A stretch of DNA of 64,000 bases from Promethearchaeota archaeon (GTDB lineage: Archaea; Asgardarchaeota; Lokiarchaeia; Sigyniarchaeales; SOKP01): the NCBI GenBank assembly GCA_029838195.1, contig JALGVJ010000004.1, positions 160,001 to 224,000 of the forward strand, written 5' to 3'. Of the stretch, positions 50,281-59,144 are shown piece by piece. The translations under genes were made by a program, and so were the position numbers. Below the pieces are notes generated by a model. It was not told the origin of the DNA. It was given only the letters and a program-made list of their open reading frames with translations, and searched no databases. Each line of letters opens with the position of its first letter. Within the stretch, counting starts at the first letter, position 1.

Positions 50281-52083
50281 TTAATTTTTCCCGGATGAGA
50301 TGGAATTCACATTGGTTTGTTGAACATATTCAATAAAATCATCTAAATCAGCTTGATATTTTTTAAAACTATATAAATGTTGTCCAAAAATTTTAATTAA
50401 TAGGAGGAATACATCGTGAGAATTTCGTTTAGTGTAAATTTTGTACTTTTCATTCTTCCTTTCTTCGAGGATAAGCAAAGATTCCATATTTTTCATCCTC
50501 TCAATATCCTCTTGTTTTGGATTATCCAATTCGATTAAGAGAATTTCTCCGGATTGAGGCAACTTAGACCTATAATCTTTTAGAGAACCTGTTTCCACGA
50601 TAAACTTTGAAATTATCAAGATCTTATCACATTGCGCAATAATTTCCTCAGGGCCTTGAAATATAAAAATTACATGATATTTAGCTTTTATTTTTTTAAT
50701 GAATTCGTTGAATTTATCATATTGAAGTTTATTTAAATAAAATTGTGGTATTTTAACTAAAAGGATGGTAGGAAGCTGTAATAAGACTCTACATGTTGAA
50801 AAAATTAAAAATTCCAGAGGATTTAGCTCATGCATTTTTTTATCTTTTTTATGGGTTAATCCGGAAATTTTCATTAATTCATCAATAAAATCCTTTTTCT
50901 CTTTCCATTTTCTTAATATTTTAAAAAGTCTTGCTCTTTTTTCAAACTCCTCATAAATCTCATCTTTTAGACCTAATAATCCGGCTTTTTTTAGTACCTT
51001 TTCTAATGCCTTTCTATGAATTCTTAAAGGACTTTTAACTTTAATGCCTTTTTTTAATGCTTTAGATAGAGGTAAATTTTTAATATTTTTCTTTTCCTCT
51101 GCAGAAAATATGAAAATATTATTTTTTTCTTCTGTGGTAAGTAATTGAACATGTTTTCCAAATATTTTAATGGTACCAACAAAATCCTCTTTAGTTCCTA
51201 TAAGAAAATCATGTAATTTAGGCAAAATTAAATCTATTTCTTCTTGAGTTAAATGATTCGAATCAATATAGATTCCTAGGGTCTGACTATTTCGAAGTTT
51301 AAAACTAATTTTATCTACATTCGACATGAGGGATACATTTTCAAAAATTAAATGCTGCGAATCTTTGAGAAGTGGGGGTAGTTTTAAGCGCTTTAAGATC
51401 TTTTCAATTAGTAATTCAACGAGTTCATGTACGTGCAACGGTTTATTTTCATCCCATTCTTTAATAGAAGGAATTTCTAAAAAATCTTTTAATTTGATAA
51501 TTCTTGAAAGTTTTGGAGAAAATGATATTTTAGGAACTAAAGGATACACTTCAAAATTCACGAATAAATTCAAAAAGAAATTGGGAAAATGAATAAAAAT
51601 TTCTCTATTAAAGGGATTGTTCTCAATACTATATGATTCAAAATGTTCGTCTAAAAGTTCTAATTCTTTTTCTAAAACAGATAAATGATAGCTATATTCT
51701 CTAACAATTGTTCTATTTAACCGTTTAATAATTTTTATTGGACTAATTAATCCATCTTCATCAAAATCGGGCTCTGCAGTAATTTCATTAAAATCAATTT
51801 CAGTTTCAACCGGAGTATGGATTTTTATTAAAGGAACTCCTTTTTCTAATACATCACGATTTGTGAAAAATAATACTTCTACATAGCTTTTCTTATAAAT
51901 TAAATTAAGAATTGTCATGACACCGAAGGTTCCCTCTCTATAAATCATCCAATACCGTTTTGAACTTCGCACGGCATCCAAGATTTTTGCTCTTAATAAT
52001 TTTAATTCTTGTTCCCGCTCATCTTTTTTTTTTAGATTTTCTTCTTCTATTGTTTCATTTTTTTCTTTTTCTTTAATCGTCAT
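50281..52083 (-). CDS. RWD/UBC-like domains fused to a degenerate (inactive) ABC ATPase domain
   Basis: LEKELELLDEHF...NFEVYPLVPKISF...WDENKPLHVHELVELL; ABC-like scaffold lacking Walker A, LSGGQ (LNPLE), Walker B (ILLVKIP) and H-loop (FQG); ATG 52083 behind GAGGAG. Confidence 0.7.
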   Translation of the reverse strand: MTIKEKEKNETIEEENLKKKDEREQELKLLRAKILDAVRSSKRYWMIYREGTFGVMTILNLIYKKSYVEVLFFTNRDVLEKGVPLIKIHTPVETEIDFNEITAEPDFDEDGLISPIKIIKRLNRTIVREYSYHLSVLEKELELLDEHFESYSIENNPFNREIFIHFPNFFLNLFVNFEVYPLVPKISFSPKLSRIIKLKDFLEIPSIKEWDENKPLHVHELVELLIEKILKRLKLPPLLKDSQHLIFENVSLMSNVDKISFKLRNSQTLGIYIDSNHLTQEEIDLILPKLHDFLIGTKEDFVGTIKIFGKHVQLLTTEEKNNIFIFSAEEKKNIKNLPLSKALKKGIKVKSPLRIHRKALEKVLKKAGLLGLKDEIYEEFEKRARLFKILRKWKEKKDFIDELMKISGLTHKKDKKMHELNPLEFLIFSTCRVLLQLPTILLVKIPQFYLNKLQYDKFNEFIKKIKAKYHVIFIFQGPEEIIAQCDKILIISKFIVETGSLKDYRSKLPQSGEILLIELDNPKQEDIERMKNMESLLILEERKNEKYKIYTKRNSHDVFLLLIKIFGQHLYSFKKYQADLDDFIEYVQQTNVNSISSGKN

Positions 52084-52093
52084 TTTCTTAATT

Positions 52094-55000
52094 CTACTCC
52101 TCAATTTCTATAGTTCTATATCTAAAATATTCTTCCATTCTTGATTCTGTTTGGAGAATTTTTTCTATAGAATCTTCTCCAAATTCTCTTTTAATAATTT
52201 CTTCGACCTCATTAATGGGCAGATCGGAATAAATAGAATAATCCGTTCCCGCCTTATCTTCTAAAACTTTAGAAATTCCTTCCATTTTTTCTAATTTCAT
52301 AATGACATTTTCTTGAACTTCTTTAAAAACAATTGTAATGGTTCTTCCTTTTCCTGGAAGCTGTTCTAAAAGCTCCTTAGGACTTCCGTAATCTATCAAC
52401 CCTCGATTCCTTCTAAATATGGCCACTTTATGACAAAAACGCGATTCTTCTGGATAATGAGTTATAACAATCAAAGTAGTATTAAATTGTTCATTGATCC
52501 GAGTGAGTGAAAGCCATAAATTTTCTCTCACGATGGGATCAAGACCACTCGTCGGCTCGTCCAGCCACAGAATGATTGGTTCATGAATTAAGGAAATCGC
52601 AATTGAAACACGCCGTTTCTGACCTCCTGATAAATTTTTCACGGGTTCATACATTTTATCCTCAATTTCTAATGCTCTTAAAATTCTACGGGCCCTTCGC
52701 CTCATCTCTTTTTCTGGAATCCCATATTGGTTGCCAAAATAGAGTAAATTTTGCAAAGTCGTGAAATTTTGATAAATTTTAGAAAGGTCTTGAGGACAAT
52801 ATCCATAAATGGGGCGAATTTTCTTGGCATTTTTTTTCACATCCATCCCATAAATTTGAGAAATCCCTTTAGTTTTTCTCATGCCCAATAATCCCTTGAT
52901 AAACGTACTTTTCCCAGCTCCGCTTTCTCCTAACACGCCTAAAATTTCTCCGTGTTTTAATTCCAGAGAAACTGAATCTACAATCAATTTTCGTCCAGCA
53001 TAAATACATAAATCTTCGCAGAATATTGCCGGAGAATTTTTTAAATAATCGATATTTAACTTTTCTCTAATATTTAATAACGATTTTACTCTTTCTATTA
53101 AATCAAAATACGAGAGGAAAGTTATAAAACCTAACAACCAAAAAAAAGCAATTTCAACTGAAAGAATCGATATTAATAATTGATTCCAAGGTGTAGGATC
53201 AAATGCACGATCATATTGGAAATAATCTATAATAGTGATCCCGAAAGGGCAATTTCTTAAATCTCCTCCGAAATTGGGGGCATCCCCTAATCCTCCCGTT
53301 TTTTTACTCACGCATTCTAAAAACCAATCTATTAAAGCGTTCATGTCTTCGGGTTGATACCGATAATCATACAATGCTTTAGAAGCACTATACGTGACTA
53401 GAAAATAAGAAATACTTATGCCTACATAAGTAGAAAGAGAGGGCATGATCGTAAACCCTCCATTATCTATTTGAGCTAATTTTAAAAATTCAACCGCTGA
53501 AATTTTTGATAAGGGATCTTTTTCCAGTGAAATCAATAATTCTAAACCATAATAGGTGGATATCACGTCACTATAAAATCCCATGAATAATGAAAAACCG
53601 CCATCCGCATTTTGGCAAGACTTTATCCAATGTTCTAATGAACTTATATTAATTTTTCCCAGACCACCTAATATTTTTAAAGATGAATAGGCCCAATAAC
53701 TGGTTTCTACAGTGGAAATATTTGTGTTGATTAAATCTATAATTAAATAATAATAGGAGCCAAAAAGAAATGAAATGTATTCGGTATCATTTCCTGCCCT
53801 AAAACCACCATCTGGATTTTGTAAATCAGCTAAATAATCTTGAGTGGTGGTTCGATTCGGAAGATAAATTTGTTCATGGGTAAAAAAAATTCTATACAAT
53901 TCAATAGCGCAAAATGTAGAAAATAAACTAGAATTCATTTGAGGACGAGAACCAAAACCGCCATCTTGGGGATTGTAACAATTTTCCACGAATTCCCAGG
54001 TATTATTAATGTTTATAAGTTCAGGAATTGCTGTTGAATTGTGCTGGTAAACCGAAAGTATACCTAAATAATTTGATTCAATTGTTATATGCCCAAACAA
54101 ACCATTTCTCGCTTGATGTTCATATAACCATTGATAATAATTAGAACGCACTTGTTTAATTCTTTCTTTAAACTCATCATCTAATAGAGAATATTTTTCA
54201 AATAGAGCAATTGTATTCATAGCAGCCCATCCCGATTTAAAAGTAGATTCATGTTTATCTCCCGGCCGTAAACCAAAGCCACCATCAGAATTATTACAAT
54301 TCAATACATAATTTAAAGTTTCAAATCTTTGTAAAGGCGTGAAACCGATTTCATACAGGGAAGAAACCGCATAAAACGTAGATTGTATATCCGAAGGTTC
54401 TCCCACTTGTCTGGCATATCCGCCGTCTAAATTGGCATACCTTAAAAGAGTAAAATAACTTATTATTAAACCCCTTTCTATTAAGCTATAGGTCATGTTC
54501 AATTCTAAGAAAGCTTTTATTCCATAGTAGGTGCTCTCAGGCGTTGGTAAAATAGTGGTGTTTGTATACGCGTACCCTCCTTCTCGCCATGTAGAATTAA
54601 TGAAACTTGAAAGATTGACGTTATTTAACAAGGAATGGGCAGAAAAATTTCCTGCTAATTTCACGGCACAATAAGTTGAGATGATGTCAGAATCATTCAC
54701 AATTGGATTAAGCCTAAAGCCATATCCATGGGGCTCTTGACTTTCTTTCAAATAATTGATAATTTTGTCAATTTTTTCCTCATCTATTACGGGATCAAAA
54801 AAACTGGGTTCCAATTTAGTGAGAGTTGCAACAACTTCATACGTGGAAAACATGTTGCTTAATCCATAAATATCTGAAAAGCCCCCATCATCATTTTGTT
54901 TTTCAAATAAATAATGAAAGAATAAATCGTCTACCTCGGGTTTAAGTAAGGAATTCGATTTAGGGTTTATCAAGTTAGACTGAGAAAATTCATCATCAGA

Positions 55001-55243
55001 GAAATTAATTGAATAAATGGCTCTATGCGTGGAATCTATATCAACTTCAATGAATAAACCAGAACTAGGATTTTGATGGGTTAATGCGAAGTAGAGCATG
55101 TCATCTTTAAGTTCTCTGATTTCTTCATCGTTAAAATACTGTTTATATGGTGTGTTTATGATTATCAATAGTAGTATGGGCGTCGCAAGTACCAGCGATA
55201 TGATAATAGTTGTTTTTATTCTTCGCTTCCATAAGTAATCTAT
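52094..55243 (-). CDS. TM - prenyltransferase/squalene-oxidase-repeat barrel - TM - ABC ATPase fusion protein; inferred ATA start at 55243
   Basis: Repeats QNDDGGF, CNNSDGGFG, CYNPQDGGFG, LQNPDGGF, CQNADGGF, AQIDNGGF; TM LLISILSVEIAFFWLLGFITFL; GESGAGKST, LSGGQ, LWLDEPTSGLD, ITH; upstream frame encodes WKRRIKTTIIISLVLATPILLLIII. Confidence 0.88.
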   Translation of the reverse strand: MDYLWKRRIKTTIIISLVLATPILLLIIINTPYKQYFNDEEIRELKDDMLYFALTHQNPSSGLFIEVDIDSTHRAIYSINFSDDEFSQSNLINPKSNSLLKPEVDDLFFHYLFEKQNDDGGFSDIYGLSNMFSTYEVVATLTKLEPSFFDPVIDEEKIDKIINYLKESQEPHGYGFRLNPIVNDSDIISTYCAVKLAGNFSAHSLLNNVNLSSFINSTWREGGYAYTNTTILPTPESTYYGIKAFLELNMTYSLIERGLIISYFTLLRYANLDGGYARQVGEPSDIQSTFYAVSSLYEIGFTPLQRFETLNYVLNCNNSDGGFGLRPGDKHESTFKSGWAAMNTIALFEKYSLLDDEFKERIKQVRSNYYQWLYEHQARNGLFGHITIESNYLGILSVYQHNSTAIPELININNTWEFVENCYNPQDGGFGSRPQMNSSLFSTFCAIELYRIFFTHEQIYLPNRTTTQDYLADLQNPDGGFRAGNDTEYISFLFGSYYYLIIDLINTNISTVETSYWAYSSLKILGGLGKINISSLEHWIKSCQNADGGFSLFMGFYSDVISTYYGLELLISLEKDPLSKISAVEFLKLAQIDNGGFTIMPSLSTYVGISISYFLVTYSASKALYDYRYQPEDMNALIDWFLECVSKKTGGLGDAPNFGGDLRNCPFGITIIDYFQYDRAFDPTPWNQLLISILSVEIAFFWLLGFITFLSYFDLIERVKSLLNIREKLNIDYLKNSPAIFCEDLCIYAGRKLIVDSVSLELKHGEILGVLGESGAGKSTFIKGLLGMRKTKGISQIYGMDVKKNAKKIRPIYGYCPQDLSKIYQNFTTLQNLLYFGNQYGIPEKEMRRRARRILRALEIEDKMYEPVKNLSGGQKRRVSIAISLIHEPIILWLDEPTSGLDPIVRENLWLSLTRINEQFNTTLIVITHYPEESRFCHKVAIFRRNRGLIDYGSPKELLEQLPGKGRTITIVFKEVQENVIMKLEKMEGISKVLEDKAGTDYSIYSDLPINEVEEIIKREFGEDSIEKILQTESRMEEYFRYRTIEIEE

Positions 55244-56256
55244 TTAGCACCACCCCCCTTAACTTCCATTTGATACTCCCATTCTCTTTTTTCTTTTAAT
55301 TCTTCTTCTTGTATTCTTAATTGAAAATATCTTCGAAAAGTTGCCCTATCTTTATTAAAAGAATTAATTTTTACATTATTTTTAATTAAATATTCAATCA
55401 AATTTGGTAATTCTTGTTCAAAATTTTCAATAAATACCTCAATGACATCGTTTCCTACTCGTATTATTTTTTCTACCGGAAAGGTTTTAAAAACATTCAT
55501 GACATCTTGGTTTAATCTTTCAATCGTGAATCTAGCCAACATGCCTTTACTCGGAAGAGTTGAGATTAATATCTGAGGATTTTCAAATTCAAGGATTTTC
55601 CCTTGCCGTAAGATGGCAGCTTTATCGCAGATTAAAGAGCATTCCATGTCATGTGAGATTATAAACATTGTAGTGCCTAATGTTTGATTTAATTTCTTGA
55701 GATAACTTAAGATTTCATATCGTTTACTAGCATCGACTCCTGTTGTAGGCTCATCAAGAAATAGAACCTCTGGTTGATGAATGAGCCCAATTGCCATAGA
55801 CACTCGTTTCTTCTCACCACCACTCATGCGCTCTAATGGTTTTTTCCACGTATCTTCCGGAATATCTAAAATGTGAAAGAGCTGTTCCGCAACTTCTTCC
55901 GATTTTTTTGTTTTCAAACCGTATGCAGAAGCAAAGGTATCAATATTAGCTTTAGGTTTCAAATCATAGTAAAGATTTAACTCTTCGAGCTGAGGAACAT
56001 ACCCTATGGAAGCTAAAATTTCTGCATGATTGCTCTTTTTAGCAGGTGACAACCCATTTACAAGAATCTTTCCAGTCCAATATTTTTTACTCAATTGGCA
56101 TGTAATCGCTCGAATTATGGTAGTTTTTCCTGCACCAGAAATCCCAAAAAAACCGATAATCTCACCTTTTTTAACAGAAAATGAAACGTCGTGAATGACT
56201 TGTTTTTTGCCGAACTTTACGTTTAGATTCTCTACGATAATTACTAGTTCTCTCAA
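55240..56256 (-). CDS. ABC transporter ATP-binding protein (ABC-2/multidrug-type)
   Basis: GISGAGKTT, YVPQ, MSGGEKKR, LFLDEPTTGVD, ISHD. Confidence 0.94.
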   Translation of the reverse strand: MRELVIIVENLNVKFGKKQVIHDVSFSVKKGEIIGFFGISGAGKTTIIRAITCQLSKKYWTGKILVNGLSPAKKSNHAEILASIGYVPQLEELNLYYDLKPKANIDTFASAYGLKTKKSEEVAEQLFHILDIPEDTWKKPLERMSGGEKKRVSMAIGLIHQPEVLFLDEPTTGVDASKRYEILSYLKKLNQTLGTTMFIISHDMECSLICDKAAILRQGKILEFENPQILISTLPSKGMLARFTIERLNQDVMNVFKTFPVEKIIRVGNDVIEVFIENFEQELPNLIEYLIKNNVKINSFNKDRATFRRYFQLRIQEEELKEKREWEYQMEVKGGGAK

Positions 56257-56341
56257 TTTTATGTTCCTTCCACGTGTTTTGTTCAGATTTTTAATTTTTT
56301 AATGGGATTCATGATGGTTTTTTAAAAATTTCAAGAATTGT

Positions 56342-57571
56342 TTAAACCTCATATTTTCTTAAATAAAAAACGATGAAGCTAAGCACGAAAAATAAACAAC
56401 TTATGCCTAATAACCAATAAAAATCAAAACCAAAAACCGACTTTCCTTTCGTGACTATTCCCGTTATAATGGGTTTTCCATGGGATAAAGGCAACATGTA
56501 TGCTGCAACTTGTAAATAGACGGGCATGGATTCGATTGGAACGAAAATCCCGCTTAAAATCACGATTAAGATGAAAAAAGCAAAAAATAATTGATTAGCT
56601 TCCGTTTTGGTATTACTCGTACAACTTATGAATATGCCCATGCTTAAGGCGGCAAAACCAATCATGTATAATGCAAGAAATAAATCAAATAATGAGCCAA
56701 CCAAATACAAGCCATTCAAGAGGCTTGAAGTTAAAAGTATGATAACTTGGGCCAATAAGATAAGGGAATACGTGATGTATTTTGATAATAAGATCTCATG
56801 TCTTTTAAGCGGCGTGAGAAGTAATCGTGCGATGGGTTTTTCTCGAACGACGACTAAAATCGTCAAGACCATTGAAATACCAAAAATCATCATTGGTAAT
56901 AACAATGTCATGGCATTATTAAATTGAAAATTATAATTGGGAGGAATGGAAAATTCTTCATAACCAACAATCTTGAATTGCGATGTTAATTTATTGTCAT
57001 GAACAAATATATTAAGAGAATCTTGAACTGCATTCAAGAATTCCTGTAATTTTTGAATGTCAGAGGAATCTACAATGCATTGAATGAACGCCGGTTGACC
57101 CCAGTTGATCATTTCAGAAAAATCCATGGGAAGGACGATGATTATACTGATTTTATTCGAAAGCAACTGATTTCTTGCTTTTTCCATTGCATAAACTTCT
57201 TCAGAAGCATTATAAAATTGCTCTAATGAAAGTTTTTGAGATTTATTCACTGCATTCACGTAAGGAATGGTATAATTATCAATTTTATGCTCAGTATAGT
57301 CATTAGGATTTATGAATGTATTTGAATCGTAAGATATAACTATTGTTTTAATAGGAATGGGATTCTGACTAGAACTAATGGATAAATAGGCAAAAAGCGT
57401 GATGATCAAGGGAGGAAGTACTAAGGCTATAAATAAATTATAAGGGTCACTGCGTAATAATCGAAATTCTTTTTTAACCATTTTTAAAATTCTGAAAAGG
57501 CTGGCTTTTATATTTCGAAAGAATCGCCTTGAATTCCCCTTCTTTCTCAGTCTTAAAATGCTAGAAGCCAC
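56342..57571 (-). CDS. ABC-2 type permease with extracellular domain
   Basis: MVKKEFRLLRSD, VVREKPIARLLLTPLKRHEILLSK, LSGIFVPIESMP, LPLSHG; start at GTG 57571 behind GGAGG. Confidence 0.9.
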   Translation of the reverse strand: MASSILRLRKKGNSRRFFRNIKASLFRILKMVKKEFRLLRSDPYNLFIALVLPPLIITLFAYLSISSSQNPIPIKTIVISYDSNTFINPNDYTEHKIDNYTIPYVNAVNKSQKLSLEQFYNASEEVYAMEKARNQLLSNKISIIIVLPMDFSEMINWGQPAFIQCIVDSSDIQKLQEFLNAVQDSLNIFVHDNKLTSQFKIVGYEEFSIPPNYNFQFNNAMTLLLPMMIFGISMVLTILVVVREKPIARLLLTPLKRHEILLSKYITYSLILLAQVIILLTSSLLNGLYLVGSLFDLFLALYMIGFAALSMGIFISCTSNTKTEANQLFFAFFILIVILSGIFVPIESMPVYLQVAAYMLPLSHGKPIITGIVTKGKSVFGFDFYWLLGISCLFFVLSFIVFYLRKYEV

Positions 57572-57572
57572 T

Positions 57573-58733
57573 TCAAACCTCCACTTTTTTAATTTTAAAT
57601 ACAAGATAAGCCAAGAATAGAAAAACTAAACTAATCAAGTTTAATGGGATAAAATCTTCAAGAGAAATGGATAATCCCTTAAGTGTAATGCCGGTTAACA
57701 GGGAGATCGCATGACCTAATGGTAGACTATTGATTAATACTAGCATTACGGGAGACAAGGAGGATTCATCGACAAAAGCTCCCGAGAAGATTAGAATTGT
57801 AATGAAAAACATGATATAAAGTTGATTTGCAGTTTGTTCTGAAGGACTTATGGCTGATATGAATAATCCAATGCACGTGCCACAAAATCCGATGGATACC
57901 AACACCAGATATAGCTCGAGTAAAGAACCTAAAGAATATAACCCAAATAACGCAATAGTAACAAAAATTTCTGCTGATTGTAAGATCATGATCAAGGTAT
58001 TTGCTAATAACTTGCTTAAAATGATTTCGATTTTTGCTGTCGGAGTTAATAACATTCGAGGAAGCGGCCCTTCGGAAACAATGGAAAGCGAGGTTAGATT
58101 CATTGTCGTTCCTAGAACGATAAGAGGAAGCATGATGGAAACGGCATAATTTAAAACTTGTGTTTCCCAAAAGGGAACATCAAATTCGAGGGAAGGCGCC
58201 ATGACGGTCATGTTTTCTGTCATTCCCACTTCAATCCGGAATAAAGCAATGGGCTCTTGCAAGGATACTTCAATGGCGGCTACTGCGTTTAAATCTGAAC
58301 CATCGACATGATAAATGATAACAGGATCTACTTTCTTAATAACGGATTCAGAAAAGTTTTCAGGTAATACGATAAACACATCAATGGTTTCTTGCCTCAA
58401 TAATTCAATATATCTATTAAAAGTATACTCATATCCAGAATAATTATGAGCAATATACGATTCATAGAGACCGAAAGAACTCGTATTATCCCGCATTATG
58501 GAAATAAAAACATCATCATACTGATGCGCATCCTTCTCCTTTCTAAAACCCTTCCAACAATGCATTTCATCCTTACTTAAAACCGCGGCATTAAAATATT
58601 TCGTCGGGCCTCCCCCTGAAGTGAGACCAAATACGATAATTAAAATTAAGGGGATAAGAAACAAAAGGATGAGAGTCCTTCTATCAGATCGAATACGACC
58701 AAATTCTTTAAAAATCAACCCGCGAATATTCAA
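57573..58733 (-). CDS. ABC-2 type permease with extracellular domain
   Basis: KEFGRIRSDRR, VDGSD, RMLLTPTAKIEIILSK, GLFISA, FSGAF, LPLGHA. Confidence 0.9.
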   Translation of the reverse strand: MNIRGLIFKEFGRIRSDRRTLILLFLIPLILIIVFGLTSGGGPTKYFNAAVLSKDEMHCWKGFRKEKDAHQYDDVFISIMRDNTSSFGLYESYIAHNYSGYEYTFNRYIELLRQETIDVFIVLPENFSESVIKKVDPVIIYHVDGSDLNAVAAIEVSLQEPIALFRIEVGMTENMTVMAPSLEFDVPFWETQVLNYAVSIMLPLIVLGTTMNLTSLSIVSEGPLPRMLLTPTAKIEIILSKLLANTLIMILQSAEIFVTIALFGLYSLGSLLELYLVLVSIGFCGTCIGLFISAISPSEQTANQLYIMFFITILIFSGAFVDESSLSPVMLVLINSLPLGHAISLLTGITLKGLSISLEDFIPLNLISLVFLFLAYLVFKIKKVEV

Positions 58734-59144
58734 GAAATGAGTCTACCCCCTTATTTTGATATTTAACAATAATAAATTAAATTTCTTTCTTTTATTTTTT
58801 TTTATTTTTAACACGCAAATTAGAAAAATTATAGTAATTTAGATTTCACAAAGCCTCACTCCTAAAATTAATAGTAGTAATATTTCCTTTAATTAAAATA
58901 GTAGTGATTGAGATTTGTTAGAATAAAGAAAAAATAACAAATATTTTTTTTTCATTCCTGTTTTCTAAAACCACTATGATCCGTGTCTCAAGCGTTCAGT
59001 ATAAAATGAATGAATTTAAAAAAATAGAGAAAAAATCACTTCTTAATACAATGTAAATTAAATTATATTGATGAGAAAGAGATATCAATTGAGAATTTGG
59101 ATTCAAATAAATAACTTTTTTTTTAATCGATAAAATCATGATTT

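Noticed and set aside
9770-55243. Prenyltransferase-repeat protein as the RabGGTase for the Rab-like GTPase
   Set aside because: The repeat domain appears extracellular and lacks clear Zn ligands, and the GTPase has no C-terminal cysteine
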